64,000 nt of DNA from an uncultured Pelagibacteraceae bacterium (GCA_902604065.1 CACKXF010000001.1:2552-66551); one strand, 5' to 3'; counted from the stretch's first letter, positions 52,653 to 63,737 are shown. Translations and numbers: made by a program. Notes: a model not told the origin generated them from the letters alone.

Positions 52653-55226
52653 ATGAATTTAGTTATAGTTGAAAGTCCAGCAAAAGCTAAAACGATAAAC
52701 AAATATCTAGGTTCAGACTACTTAGTTTTAGCCAGTTACGGCCACATTAGAGATTTGCCATCAAAGAATGGCTCGGTTGATCCTGATAAAAATTTTGAAA
52801 TGCAATGGGAATTAGATTCTTTTTCAAAAAAATATTTAAAAGAAATTACAGATGCAGCAAAAGAAAGTGATAAAATAATATTAGCAACCGATCCAGATCG
52901 TGAAGGGGAAGCAATAGCGTGGCATGTAAAACAAGTTTTAGATGATAAAAAACTTTTAAAAGGAAAAAAACTGGAGAGAGTTGTTTTTAACGAAATTACT
53001 AAAAACGCTGTGCTTAAAGGTATTAATAATCCCAGAGAAATTGAAGAGACATTAGTAAAAGCATATCTTGCTAGAAGAGCTTTAGATTATCTTGTAGGAT
53101 TTAATATATCGCCAATTTTGTGGACTAAACTTCCAGGCTCTAAATCAGCAGGAAGAGTTCAATCTGTTGCTCTAAAATTAATAACTCAAAGAGAACATGA
53201 AATTGAGTCTTTTAAACCAGAAGAGTACTGGACGTTAAATGCTAATTTTAAAAATTTAGAAAATAAAAATGTTTTTTCAAAACTTAATATTCTCGATGGA
53301 AAAAAAATCGAAAGATTTAGTTTTAAAAATAAAAGTGATATTAATTTAGCAACTGAAAAAATTAATAAACAAGAATATTTCATTAAAGATGTAAACTCAA
53401 AAGTTGTAAAAAGGAATCCCTCAGGTCCTTTCACTACTTCAACACTTCAACAAACATCATCTGGAAAGTATGGTTTTGGCGCTTCAAGAACTATGCAAAT
53501 AGCACAAAGATTATATCAGGGAATTGAAATAGATGGAGAAACTGTAGGACTTATTACCTACATGAGGACTGATGGAACGAATATCTCAAATGAAGCTGTC
53601 AAAGAATTCAGATCTTTTGTGGAGAATGATTTGGGAAAAAATTATTTACCAGATAGCCCAAATAATTATAAAGGAAAAAAAGCTAAAAATGCTCAAGAAG
53701 CTCACGAAGCTATCAGACCAACTGATATTAAAAAAAAACCTGATGAAATGAAGAAATATCTAAGCACAGATCAATTTAAGCTATATGATTTAATTTGGTC
53801 TAGAGCTCTAGCATCACAGATGAAGCCGGCTGAGTTTGATAGAAACACAATTCAAATTAATTCAAAAGATAATAGTATTCAATTTACCTCTACTGGTTCG
53901 GTTATAAAATTTGACGGTTTTTTAAAAATTTATTCATTCCAAAACGAGGATGAAGAAAAAAATATGTTGCCAGAAGTTAAAGTAGGTGAAAAGATAAATC
54001 TAGGAGAATTAATTGATGAACAACATTTCACATCTCCACCTCCAAGATATTCTGAAGCAAGTTTAGTAAAGAAAATGGAAGAGCTGGGTATTGGTAGACC
54101 TTCTACTTATGCAAGTATTATATCTGTTTTGTCAACTAGAAATTACACTGAGTTATTAAATAAAAGATTTCATCCTACTGATAGGGGTAAATTGTTATCA
54201 GCTTTTTTGGAAAAACTCTTTTCAAAATATGTTGATTATAATTTTACTGCAGATTTAGAAAATCAACTTGATGAAATAACAAGTGGTAAAACTAATTACT
54301 TAAATGTTTTAGAGACATTTTGGAAAAGTTTTTATAATGACGTTGGCTCAGTCAAAGACATTAGGACTAGAGAAGTATTAGATTTGTTAAATGAAAGTCT
54401 TGGGGATTTAATATTTGAAAAGAATGAAAAAGATCAAATTGATAGAAAGTGTAAAATTTGTGCTAATGGTATTTTAAGTCTTAAAAATAGCTTTAGGGGT
54501 GGTGCTTTCATTGGTTGTTCAAACTATCCAGAATGTAAATTTACAAGGCCTCTCTCAAAAACGAAGGCATCCCAACAATCATTTTTAGCGGAACCAAAAC
54601 TGATAGGAAAAAATGATGAAGGGAAAGAAATATTTTTGAAAAATGGAAGATTTGGTCCTTATTTACAATATGAGTTAATAAAAGAAATTGAAGAAAAACC
54701 TATTAAAAAGAAACGTGGCAAAAAGAAAAAAGACGACAATTTAAAAAATGTTTCAATTCCAAAAGGTTTGTCCTTAAAAGATGTAGATTTAGAAAAAGCA
54801 AAATATTTGTGCTCATTACCAAAAAATATAGGTAAACACCCTGAGCTTAATGATGATATAACAATCAACATTGGTAGATTTGGTCCATATTTAAAATGTT
54901 CTAATAAATCTGCTCGATTGGAAACTATTGAAGATTTATTTTCAATCGGACTAAATCGAGCAATTACTTTAATTTCGGAAGCAAAGCCAGGAAGAGTCTC
55001 TTCATCTGAAATCAAGAATATAGGGCAGCATCCTGAAGACAAGAAACCGGTTAGAGTTATGAAAGGTCAGTATGGTCCATACATAAAATATAAGTCTCTA
55101 AATGCAACTATACCAGAAGATAAAGACCCAAGTGAAATTACAATGGAGGAAGCGTTAATATTGATAGAAAAAAGAAAAGAATATGATAAAAGTAAAAAAG
55201 GAAAAAAAAAAGGTATTAAAAAATGA
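52653..55226 (+). CDS. topA: Topoisomerase I, copy 2
   Basis: Identical translation to copy 1. Confidence 0.97.
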   Translation: MNLVIVESPAKAKTINKYLGSDYLVLASYGHIRDLPSKNGSVDPDKNFEMQWELDSFSKKYLKEITDAAKESDKIILATDPDREGEAIAWHVKQVLDDKKLLKGKKLERVVFNEITKNAVLKGINNPREIEETLVKAYLARRALDYLVGFNISPILWTKLPGSKSAGRVQSVALKLITQREHEIESFKPEEYWTLNANFKNLENKNVFSKLNILDGKKIERFSFKNKSDINLATEKINKQEYFIKDVNSKVVKRNPSGPFTTSTLQQTSSGKYGFGASRTMQIAQRLYQGIEIDGETVGLITYMRTDGTNISNEAVKEFRSFVENDLGKNYLPDSPNNYKGKKAKNAQEAHEAIRPTDIKKKPDEMKKYLSTDQFKLYDLIWSRALASQMKPAEFDRNTIQINSKDNSIQFTSTGSVIKFDGFLKIYSFQNEDEEKNMLPEVKVGEKINLGELIDEQHFTSPPPRYSEASLVKKMEELGIGRPSTYASIISVLSTRNYTELLNKRFHPTDRGKLLSAFLEKLFSKYVDYNFTADLENQLDEITSGKTNYLNVLETFWKSFYNDVGSVKDIRTREVLDLLNESLGDLIFEKNEKDQIDRKCKICANGILSLKNSFRGGAFIGCSNYPECKFTRPLSKTKASQQSFLAEPKLIGKNDEGKEIFLKNGRFGPYLQYELIKEIEEKPIKKKRGKKKKDDNLKNVSIPKGLSLKDVDLEKAKYLCSLPKNIGKHPELNDDITINIGRFGPYLKCSNKSARLETIEDLFSIGLNRAITLISEAKPGRVSSSEIKNIGQHPEDKKPVRVMKGQYGPYIKYKSLNATIPEDKDPSEITMEEALILIEKRKEYDKSKKGKKKGIKK

Positions 55227-55435
55227 AAAAATTTATTTGTGTGTTAATTTTTTTAACATATCAAAGCCCTATTTTTGCAGATGAAAATAAAGGTTGTGAT
55301 GGAATATTAGCTAAACTTAAAAAAGAGTGTAATATTGTTGGTAAAAGTTTAGACAAAATGAAAGATTTTAGCAGTAAAAATAAAACAATTGATCAGTCTC
55401 TTGAAAATATTAAAGATAAACTTAAAAAAAAATGA
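55223..55435 (+). CDS. Small hypothetical exported protein, copy 2
   Basis: Identical translation to copy 1. Confidence 0.7.
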   Translation: MKKFICVLIFLTYQSPIFADENKGCDGILAKLKKECNIVGKSLDKMKDFSSKNKTIDQSLENIKDKLKKK

Positions 55436-55893
55436 GTGTTGATGAAAATTTAAAAAAATTAAAAATTGATCTACCTGATCCACCTGCGCCAGTCGGCGCT
55501 TATACAGCGTTTAAAAAAATAGGGAAATTATTATTTATTTCGGGACAAATCTCTTTAGACTCAAATGGAGTATTAATTAAAGGAAAAGTTGGATCTGAAA
55601 TCAACTTAGAAGTTGGTAAAAAAGCTGCAGAAACATGTTGTATTAACATTGTGGCACAATTAAAAAAAGCATGTAATGGTAACTTAGATAAAGTAAATTC
55701 ATGTGTCCAACTAGCTGGATATGTAAATTCTTCAGATAATTTCATTGATCAACCAAAAGTAATTAATGGAGCTTCAGAATTAATGACTAAAATATTTGGA
55801 GATATTGGAATACACACAAGATCAGCAGTTAGTTCTAACTCTCTCCCTTTAGGAGCGGCTGTCGAAATAGTTTCTATATTTGAAATTAATTAA
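55432..55893 (+). CDS. ridA: RidA/YjgF family protein (intact, 153 aa)
   Basis: PVGAY, ISGQI, NGASEL, HTRSAV and LPLGAAVEI. Confidence 0.9.
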   Translation: MSVDENLKKLKIDLPDPPAPVGAYTAFKKIGKLLFISGQISLDSNGVLIKGKVGSEINLEVGKKAAETCCINIVAQLKKACNGNLDKVNSCVQLAGYVNSSDNFIDQPKVINGASELMTKIFGDIGIHTRSAVSSNSLPLGAAVEIVSIFEIN

Positions 55894-57190
55894 CGTTAGG
55901 TCTTCCTATTGAAAAATATTTTATTTTTTTATTTTTCATTTCATTAAAATTGTATAAATTTCTTAAATCAAAGATCTTATAATTTTTATTTTTAACTATT
56001 CTGTTAAACTCTAAAGATTTAAACTCATCCCATTCTGTATGCAATATTATAAGATCTGCGTTCTTGCATGTTTTATTAATATTGTCATAAAACTTGCAAT
56101 TCTTTAATTTTTTAAAATCTTTTTTGGCTCCTGTAGGATCATAATAAGATACAAAAGCTCCATTTTTACATAAATAAGGTATTATTTTTAGACTCACAGA
56201 GTCTCTCATATCATCGGTGTTTGGTTTAAAGGTAACTCCTAGAAAGGCAATTTTCTTTTTTTTTAAAGATATTAGAATTTTTTTTATTCTATTCAAATGC
56301 AATTTTTTTCTATTTTCGTTTGATTTAATTACTGTTTTAACAATTGATAACTCGCTATTATATTTTTCCCCAGTAGAAACTAATCCTTTTGTATCTTTCG
56401 GAAAACAAGAACCGCCATATGCTGGTCCAGCTCTTAAGAACCTACTTCCTATCCTTTTGTCACTACCCATACCTAAAGAAATGTCTTCTACATTAATATC
56501 TGCTTTCTCACATAAATTTGCTAGCTCATTTATAAATGTTATTTTAGTGGCTAAAAAGGCATTAGAAGCATATTTTATTAGCTCTGAACCTCTCCGTGAA
56601 GTAGTAAAAAATTTTGCACCTTTATTTATTAAAGGTTGGTAAAGTTTTTTTAAAATTTTAAAATATATTTTTTTATTCGATCCAATAACAATTCTATCAG
56701 GAAACCTAAAATCTCTTATAGCCTCACCCTCTCTTAAAAATTCTGGATTTGATATAACATCGATATTTTTTTTTCTTAATTTTATAAGAATTTTATCTAT
56801 TAAGTCGCCAGTTCCGACTGGAACTGTAGATTTGGTTATAATTATCTTTTTATTTTTAGCAACTTTTGCTACTTCTTTTACAGCTTTAAAAACATAAGAT
56901 AAATCTACTTGTTTAGAATTAACTTTATTTGGTGTGCCGACGCATATAAATATCAATTCAGATTTAGTAACTGCTTCTTTTAAATTGTTACTAAATTTCA
57001 ATCTGCCCACATTATAGTTTTTTTTGATTAATTCATCTAAACCAGGCTCATATATAGGTGAAATTCCTAAATTAAGATTTTTAATTTTTTCTTTATCTTT
57101 ATCTACACAAAAAACTTTATTTCCTAAATCAGCAAAACAAGTACCACTTACTAAACCTACATAGCCTGTTCCAATCATACATATATTCAT
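55886..57190 (-). CDS. ugd: UDP-glucose 6-dehydrogenase
   Basis: IGTGYVGL, SNPEFLREG, YGGSCFPKD and FKPNTDD. Confidence 0.95.
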   Translation of the reverse strand: MNICMIGTGYVGLVSGTCFADLGNKVFCVDKDKEKIKNLNLGISPIYEPGLDELIKKNYNVGRLKFSNNLKEAVTKSELIFICVGTPNKVNSKQVDLSYVFKAVKEVAKVAKNKKIIITKSTVPVGTGDLIDKILIKLRKKNIDVISNPEFLREGEAIRDFRFPDRIVIGSNKKIYFKILKKLYQPLINKGAKFFTTSRRGSELIKYASNAFLATKITFINELANLCEKADINVEDISLGMGSDKRIGSRFLRAGPAYGGSCFPKDTKGLVSTGEKYNSELSIVKTVIKSNENRKKLHLNRIKKILISLKKKKIAFLGVTFKPNTDDMRDSVSLKIIPYLCKNGAFVSYYDPTGAKKDFKKLKNCKFYDNINKTCKNADLIILHTEWDEFKSLEFNRIVKNKNYKIFDLRNLYNFNEMKNKKIKYFSIGRPNVN

Positions 57191-58005
57191 TTTTTTACCT
57201 TTGAAATTTCTAAGCCTGAATTAATGTATCCAGATAAAGTTCCACAATCTAAATACTTTCCTTTAAAAATATTTCCATAGAATGATTCTCCTTCATCAAT
57301 AAGTGCTTTAATTGCGTCAGTAATATGTATTTCATTTCCATGACCAGGTTTAATTTTTTTTATTTTTTTTATTATTTTGCTAGGCAATATATAGCGACCT
57401 ATTATAGCATAATTTGATGGCGACTCATTAATTTTGGGTTTTTCAACAACATCTAATATTTTAAAATTATTTTTATTTTTATTTTTCAGTGATAACATTC
57501 CCCATCTTGAAACACTATTTCTATTTACTTTCATTGAAGCAATTATAGAAGATTTTTTTTTATTGTGTAAATTAATCATTTCTTTTGAGCAATTTTTTTT
57601 TATAATAAGATCATCTGGCAAAAGCATCAAAAAATATTTATCTTTAATATGTTTTTCACACTTTAATACTGCGTCACCTGTTCCTTTTGGACTATTCTGA
57701 AAAACAAACTTAATAATTTTTCTATATTTTCTAATTTTTTTGTATTCGTTTAAAATTCTTTTATCTTTTTTTTTTTTAATTATTTTTTTATATAATTGAT
57801 CTTTAAAAAAATATTCCTTTATATTTTTCTTTTTTTTTGAAATGATAAATATTATTTGTTTAATTCCAGCTGCTAAACATTCTTCTATTATATATTCTAA
57901 ATTAGGTCTTCCATTAATAGGGAGTAATTCCTTAGGAAAAATACTTGTTAAAGGTAACATTCTTGTACCTAGGCCTGCTAGTGGAATAATAGCTTGTTTT
58001 ATCAT
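57187..58005 (-). CDS. galU: UTP-glucose-1-phosphate uridylyltransferase
   Basis: AGLGTRMLP, PKELLP, LPDD, VEKP, IGRY and DCG. Confidence 0.9.
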   Translation of the reverse strand: MIKQAIIPLAGLGTRMLPLTSIFPKELLPINGRPNLEYIIEECLAAGIKQIIFIISKKKKNIKEYFFKDQLYKKIIKKKKDKRILNEYKKIRKYRKIIKFVFQNSPKGTGDAVLKCEKHIKDKYFLMLLPDDLIIKKNCSKEMINLHNKKKSSIIASMKVNRNSVSRWGMLSLKNKNKNNFKILDVVEKPKINESPSNYAIIGRYILPSKIIKKIKKIKPGHGNEIHITDAIKALIDEGESFYGNIFKGKYLDCGTLSGYINSGLEISKVKK

Positions 58006-58043
58006 ATGATTCTTTTATTAATTAATATCATTACTTTTAATAA

Positions 58044-58862
58044 ATGAAAATAATTAGGCAAAATAAAGATATAAAAAAATTATTAGAAAAAAAATATAAA
58101 TTTTCTTTTATTCCTACTATGGGTGGTTTGCATAAAGGCCATGAATTTTTAATTAAAGAGGCTAAAAGAAGAAAGAATAGGACTATGGTTAGTATATTTG
58201 TAAATCCTAAACAATTTAATTCAAAAACAGACTTTAAATCCTATCCAAGAAATTTAAAAAAAGATATAAAAATATTAAAAAGACTTAAAGTAGATTACCT
58301 ATATATTCCTTCATATAGAGCAATTTTTTCATTTAAAATAAAAAATAAAATTTATCTTGATTCATTTTCTAGTAAGCTATGTGGAAAATTTAGACCTGGT
58401 CATTTTAAGGGAGTTGTAAATGTTGTTAACAGATTTTTAGAGTTAATATCACCAAAATATTTATATTTAGGAAATAAAGATTTTCAACAATTAATTTTAT
58501 TAAAAAAACATATTAAAAAAAACAAAATTCCCACTACTATAGTTTCTTGTAACACAATAAGAATGCGAAATTTATTGCCCTACTCGACACGAAATAATAA
58601 TTTGAGTAAAAAAAGTATTAAATTGGCTTCAAAAGTTTTTAATCTTATAAGAAAAGAAAAAAAACTTATTAAAAGAAAAAAGGTTACAAGAATTAATTTT
58701 TTAAAATTGAGAAAAAAATTATCATATATTGGTATAAAAAAAATAGACTACATTAAAGCTATAAATTTAAGTACATTAAAATATGCAAAAAAACACAATG
58801 AGAGATTTAATATTTTTTCAGCTTTTTATTTAAATGACGTAAGATTAATTGATAATTTTTAA
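58044..58862 (+). CDS. panC: Pantoate-beta-alanine ligase
   Basis: PTMGGLHKGH, SIFVNPKQF, RPGHF, KDFQQ and RLIDN. Confidence 0.93.
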   Translation: MKIIRQNKDIKKLLEKKYKFSFIPTMGGLHKGHEFLIKEAKRRKNRTMVSIFVNPKQFNSKTDFKSYPRNLKKDIKILKRLKVDYLYIPSYRAIFSFKIKNKIYLDSFSSKLCGKFRPGHFKGVVNVVNRFLELISPKYLYLGNKDFQQLILLKKHIKKNKIPTTIVSCNTIRMRNLLPYSTRNNNLSKKSIKLASKVFNLIRKEKKLIKRKKVTRINFLKLRKKLSYIGIKKIDYIKAINLSTLKYAKKHNERFNIFSAFYLNDVRLIDNF

Positions 58863-60238
58863 TTTAAAAAAAAGTAAGACCCTATTCCTAAAAATGATAA
58901 AAATCCTATTACATCTGTAATTGTGGTTACGAAAACACTCGAAGCAAGAGCCGGGTCTATATTTACCTTCTTTAAAGACACTGGAACTAGTATACCAAAT
59001 AAACCTGCTACGATCATGTTTAAAACCATTGATATTCCAATCAATAAAGATAGTTTTGACTCTTGAAACCATAACTGAACGATGGCTGCTGTAATAATTG
59101 CAAATATTATACCATTCAAAATACCTATCAAAAATTCTTTACCTACTATTGTATTAAAATTTCCTGATGAAAGTTCTTTTGTAGCTATAGCTCTAATTGT
59201 AACTGCTAAGGTCTGCATTCCAGCATTTCCACCCATAGAGGCTACAATTGGCATCAAAAATGCTAGGGCAACCATTTGTTCGATTGATGCACCAAATTTA
59301 CTTATTACCCATGTGGCAAGTAAAGCTGTAAAAAGATTTAAAAGTAACCAATTGAACCTTCTTTTAGTTTTGATTATCACGCTATCGGTTATTTCTTCAT
59401 CACCAACTCCAGCTAGTCTTAATGCATCTTCTTCAGCTTCTTCTTGAACTACAGTTACAACATCATCAGCAGTTATCATTCCTACTAACTTATTATTTTT
59501 ATTAACAACTCCAGCTGAAACCAAGTTGTAATTTTCAAAAGCGAGACCGACTTCTTCTTTATCCATATTAACAGATATTAAAACAGGCATTTCACGCATG
59601 ATTGATTTCATTGTTTTTTCTCTAGGAGTTCTTAAAACTCTTGATGAAGGAACGATACCAATAGGCTTGAAATCATTATCAACAACAAATATTTCTAAAA
59701 ATTCCTCTGGCAAGTCTTTGCTTTCTCTTAAATAATCAATTGTTTGGCCAACAGACCAGTCGCTCGGGACAGCAGTAAATTCTCTTTGCATGATCCTAGC
59801 CGCTGAGTCCTCTGGATAGCTTAAACCTTCCTCTAACAGAAATCTATCTTTAGGAGGTAATTTATCTAATACAGAATTTTTTGTTTCTTGATTTAAGTTC
59901 TCAATAATAGATATAGCATTATCAGATTCTAATCTTTTTATAATTTTTGCAATTGAATCTGATGATAACAATTGCAAAATTTCTGTTTGAATTGATTCAT
60001 TTATTTCAACAAATATTTCAGGATCAATAGCAAATTCCTCTATTTCTATTAATTTAGACCTAGTCTCAGGAGACAAATTTTCAATTAAATTTGCTACATC
60101 TGAGGGGTGTAAATCTGCTAATGTTTGATTAATAAATTTAATATCTGAAGATTTGATTTTATCGCTAAAAATACTTAGAAATTCTTTATTGAAATCAAAA
60201 TTTACATTTTTTGCACCTAATGACTTAACTAAACTCAT
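58859..60238 (-). CDS. mgtE: Magnesium transporter
   Basis: MgtE_N, a CBS pair, MGGNAGMQ and DPALAS. Confidence 0.95.
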   Translation of the reverse strand: MSLVKSLGAKNVNFDFNKEFLSIFSDKIKSSDIKFINQTLADLHPSDVANLIENLSPETRSKLIEIEEFAIDPEIFVEINESIQTEILQLLSSDSIAKIIKRLESDNAISIIENLNQETKNSVLDKLPPKDRFLLEEGLSYPEDSAARIMQREFTAVPSDWSVGQTIDYLRESKDLPEEFLEIFVVDNDFKPIGIVPSSRVLRTPREKTMKSIMREMPVLISVNMDKEEVGLAFENYNLVSAGVVNKNNKLVGMITADDVVTVVQEEAEEDALRLAGVGDEEITDSVIIKTKRRFNWLLLNLFTALLATWVISKFGASIEQMVALAFLMPIVASMGGNAGMQTLAVTIRAIATKELSSGNFNTIVGKEFLIGILNGIIFAIITAAIVQLWFQESKLSLLIGISMVLNMIVAGLFGILVPVSLKKVNIDPALASSVFVTTITDVIGFLSFLGIGSYFFLN

Positions 60239-60299
60239 AAAAATCCTTAGTTTCTTTTTTTGAGACTAATAGTTCATAAAATGATAAAATTCAAATTAA

Positions 60300-60911
60300 A
60301 TGAACATAGATATCAAAATTAGTAAAAAACCAATACCTTATAAAAAAGCTATGTTTACTCTTGAAAAACGCGTGATAGATGTAAAAAAAGGGAAAAAAAA
60401 TGAACTTTTATGGATACTTGAACATCCCGTTATTTTTACAGGAGGTATACGAGCGAAAGATGATGAAATATTAGATAAAAAAATAAAAATATTTAAAACC
60501 AATAGAGGTGGAAAAATCACATTACATAATCCCGGGCAAAAAATAGTTTATTTTGTTATTAATTTAAACAATAGAAAAAGGGATATCAGAAAACTAATAA
60601 GTTTGGTTGAATTAAGCGTATTAGAGTTTCTTAAAATATATAAAATTAAGGGCAATGTTGATAGAAAAAATATAGGTATTTGGACTAAAAATAAGAAAAT
60701 TTCTGCAATTGGTATAAAAATAAAAAAATGGATTGCTTATCATGGATGTTCTATAAATATAAATAATAACTTATCATTATATAAAAAAATTTTACCCTGC
60801 GGTTTAAATAATGACAAAATAACTTCCTTTAAAGATCTTAAAATAATCAAACCTAAAAATATTGATAAAAATTTAAAATTAATATTCTTAAAAAACTTAT
60901 CTAAAATATAG
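60300..60911 (+). CDS. lipB: Octanoyltransferase
   Basis: LEHPVIFTGG, RGGKITLHNPGQ, KISAIG and PCG. Confidence 0.92.
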   Translation: MNIDIKISKKPIPYKKAMFTLEKRVIDVKKGKKNELLWILEHPVIFTGGIRAKDDEILDKKIKIFKTNRGGKITLHNPGQKIVYFVINLNNRKRDIRKLISLVELSVLEFLKIYKIKGNVDRKNIGIWTKNKKISAIGIKIKKWIAYHGCSININNNLSLYKKILPCGLNNDKITSFKDLKIIKPKNIDKNLKLIFLKNLSKI

Positions 60912-61799
60912 TTTTTTTTTTCTTTCAAAAGCATCATCCAATATAGCTGAATAGCTATATTTTTTATTATTTTTTATAAATTTAATTTTATGAGAATGCA
61001 ATAACATAGATTGACCAATAGATTTTTTATTTTTTTCCAAATTATATTTACTATCCCCTAAAATAGGAAACCCTCTTATATAGAGTTGCTTTCTAATTTG
61101 ATGTTTTCTTCCTGTAATAGGTTTTAATTCTAATAAAGAAAACTTGCCATTAGTTTTTAAAACTCTAACAGTAGTATTGGCTTTTAACTTAATCTTTCTA
61201 TTTTTTTCATAATATTCAAGAACATCTTCCATTGACTTTAGATTTGAAGAAACTTCTCCTTTTACTATAGCCAGATATGTTTTATGTATTTTTCTAATTC
61301 TAAATAAACTAGTAAAAAATTGGGCAGCTTCCCTATTTTTTGCTACCAAAAAAATTCCTGTCGTTTCTTTGTCTAATCTGTGAACAATATAAGGTTTTTC
61401 GTTTTCAAAATGTTTTGTTTTCTTTAATATATCAATTACGTTTTTTAAATTTTTTGTTCCTGCTTGCACAGCAATACCTCTAGGTTTATTGATTACAACA
61501 TAATCTTTGTCATCATAAATTATAAAATTATCATAATTTCTTTGTTCCTTTATAGTAGGCAAGTAGTGAATTTTTTTTTGTAAATCTGTTGGCTTATATT
61601 TTTTTAAATTAAATACAAGTACTTTGTCTCCTGTACTTAGTCTGTATGACGATTTTATTCTTTTATTATTTACTTTTATTTTATTTGTTCTTAATAATTT
61701 TTGAATTAATGAATTTGGTAAATTTAAAACTACATTTTTAAACCATCTGTCAAAACGTGAATTATTATAGTCCTTATTAACTATGATCTTATCAGGCAT
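60897..61799 (-). CDS. RluA-family 23S rRNA pseudouridine synthase (RluC-like, with S4 domain)
   Basis: NKPRG, HRLDKETTG and TGRKHQIR. Confidence 0.9.
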   Translation of the reverse strand: MPDKIIVNKDYNNSRFDRWFKNVVLNLPNSLIQKLLRTNKIKVNNKRIKSSYRLSTGDKVLVFNLKKYKPTDLQKKIHYLPTIKEQRNYDNFIIYDDKDYVVINKPRGIAVQAGTKNLKNVIDILKKTKHFENEKPYIVHRLDKETTGIFLVAKNREAAQFFTSLFRIRKIHKTYLAIVKGEVSSNLKSMEDVLEYYEKNRKIKLKANTTVRVLKTNGKFSLLELKPITGRKHQIRKQLYIRGFPILGDSKYNLEKNKKSIGQSMLLHSHKIKFIKNNKKYSYSAILDDAFERKKKLYFR

Positions 61800-61810
61800 T
61801 TAAAATGTGG

Positions 61811-62254
61811 TTATTTAGCGCTTGTTTGAGCTGTTTCTGTTTTTTTATTTTCTTTAGTCTCAACTTTTTTAGGTTTGTCTACTTTCCTAGCTGCAAGGTT
61901 TCTGTCTACTAATTCTATTACAGCCATAGGGGCGTCATCCCCAGTTCTAAATCCTGCTTTTAAAACTCTAGAATATCCACCTTTTCTTTTGCTGTATCTT
62001 TTTGATAATTCATCGAACACCTTTTTAACAGAAGATTGATTTTGAAGTTTTGAAAATAGTTTTTTTTTATTGTTTAAATCATTCTTTTTACCTATGGTAA
62101 TTACTTTATCTATTTGAGGTTTTAATTCTTTCGCTTTTGGTAGGGTTGTAATGATTTGCTCATACTTTATTAACGAATTTAACATATTTTTAAATAAAGA
62201 CTTTCTGTGTTCAGAAGTTTTATTTAATTTTCGATATCCTAGATTATGTCTCAT
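61811..62254 (-). CDS. rplQ: 50S ribosomal protein L17
   Basis: MRH...HRK, TTLPKAKEL and GGYSR. Confidence 0.97.
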   Translation of the reverse strand: MRHNLGYRKLNKTSEHRKSLFKNMLNSLIKYEQIITTLPKAKELKPQIDKVITIGKKNDLNNKKKLFSKLQNQSSVKKVFDELSKRYSKRKGGYSRVLKAGFRTGDDAPMAVIELVDRNLAARKVDKPKKVETKENKKTETAQTSAK

Positions 62255-63288
62255 TAATAATTATTTTCCTCAAGTTTTTTAGACATTTCAGCGATGTTAT
62301 CTGGAGGCCAATTTGGTATCTCCATACCTAAATACAATGACATCGTACTCAATACCTCTTTGATTTCATTTAAAGATTTTCTTCCAAAATTAGGGGTTCT
62401 TAACATTTCTGGCTCAGTTTTTTGAACAAGATCACCTATATAAATAATATTATCATTTTTTAAACAGTTCATGGATCTTACTGAAAGTTCAAGTTCCTCG
62501 ACTCTTTTAAGAAGATTTTTATTAAACTCAGGCTCTGCAGACTTAACTTCTTTAACAATTTCTTTAGGATCATCAAAATTTACAAACATGGACAATTGAT
62601 CTTGAAAAATTCTTGCAGAATATGCTATTGCATCTTCAGCTGCTACTGTACCGTTAGTTTCAACGTTCATTACCAATTTATCGTAGTCAAGAGCGCTACC
62701 AGCTCTTGTATTTTCTATTGAAAAAGATACTTTTTTTACTGGACTAAATAAGGAGTCAATGGATATTAAGCCCAATGGACTTTCTTCGGAGCGATTTTTA
62801 GGAGCTGGTACATATCCTTTGCCTGAATTAACAAATAGCTCCATATGAAAATTTGTTTTTTCATCAACATTACAAATAGTTTGTTCAGGATTTAAAATCT
62901 CAACTTCAGAAACTAATGTAATATCTTTTGCTTTTACTTCTTTTGGACCTTTTACATCTAAAATAATTTTTTTTGAACTAGTAGAGTTAGATTTAATTGC
63001 AAGATTTTTGACGTTAAGGACAATATCTGTAACATCTTCTCTTACACCTTTTATAGATGAAAATTCGTGTAACACTCCATCTATTTGTATAGCGGTAACT
63101 GCAGCACCTTGTATAGACGAAAGTAATATTCGTCTTAAAGAATTTCCTATAGTCTGTCCAAAACCTTTTTCTAAAGGTTCTGCTATAACTTTAGCAATAG
63201 ACTTGTCATCATTACTAATAATATCTAATTTGGAAGGTTTAATTAATTCTTTCCAATTTTTATCAATTATGTTTACTCCTTGTTGCAT
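62254..63288 (-). CDS. rpoA: RNA polymerase alpha subunit
   Basis: [26 protein letters not shown] and NFGRKSL. Confidence 0.98.
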   Translation of the reverse strand: MQQGVNIIDKNWKELIKPSKLDIISNDDKSIAKVIAEPLEKGFGQTIGNSLRRILLSSIQGAAVTAIQIDGVLHEFSSIKGVREDVTDIVLNVKNLAIKSNSTSSKKIILDVKGPKEVKAKDITLVSEVEILNPEQTICNVDEKTNFHMELFVNSGKGYVPAPKNRSEESPLGLISIDSLFSPVKKVSFSIENTRAGSALDYDKLVMNVETNGTVAAEDAIAYSARIFQDQLSMFVNFDDPKEIVKEVKSAEPEFNKNLLKRVEELELSVRSMNCLKNDNIIYIGDLVQKTEPEMLRTPNFGRKSLNEIKEVLSTMSLYLGMEIPNWPPDNIAEMSKKLEENNY

Positions 63289-63731
63289 TATACTCTCCTT
63301 TTTTTTGGTGGTCTTGTACCATTATGTGGCATTGGTGTAGTATCCTTGATAGATAAAATTTTAAAACCTCTTGACTGCAAAGATCTTAGAGCGGTCTCTC
63401 GACCAGATCCAGGTCCTTTAACTTGAACCGTTAGTGTCCTCAATCCCATTTCATAGGCTTTCGATCCAGCGTCATCAGCTGCAACTTGCGCAGCGTAAGG
63501 TGTAGATTTTCTTGAGCCTTTAAATCCTTTTGATCCTGCAGATGACCAAGATATTACGTTCCCTGTTTCATCTGCTATAGAAATTATAGTGTTATTAAAA
63601 GTTGAATTCACAAACGCAATCCCTGAGGATATATTTCTTTTAACTTTCTTTTTTTTTTTAAAGGAAGATTCTTTTTTATTTATTTCTTCCTTTTTTGATA
63701 CTTCTTTTTTATCTTGATTTTTTTTTTCCAT
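63288..63731 (-). CDS. rpsK: 30S ribosomal protein S11
   Basis: [15 protein letters not shown] and PHNGTRP, with a Lys-rich N-terminal extension. Confidence 0.97.
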   Translation of the reverse strand: MEKKNQDKKEVSKKEEINKKESSFKKKKKVKRNISSGIAFVNSTFNNTIISIADETGNVISWSSAGSKGFKGSRKSTPYAAQVAADDAGSKAYEMGLRTLTVQVKGPGSGRETALRSLQSRGFKILSIKDTTPMPHNGTRPPKKRRV

Positions 63732-63737
63732 ATTTAA

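Larger units (their letters stand above)
38694..55760 (+). repeat. Large direct repeat, copy 2
   Basis: Begins CAATTATTAAACTTGAGATC, the same as position 1, and continues into an intact ridA after 55760. Confidence 0.98.

Noticed and set aside
17068-55760. The 38.7-kb period resembles a phage-headful size (transduction or circular element idea)
   Set aside because: No phage, GTA, att or replication genes are present, and size alone is not evidence.
666-63340. Many 60-190 aa ORFs antisense to or nested in core genes (e.g. 666..914, 2859..3191, 15966..16349, 28225..28788, 56217..56642)
   Set aside because: Shadow ORFs opposite well-conserved genes, with no recognisable motifs.
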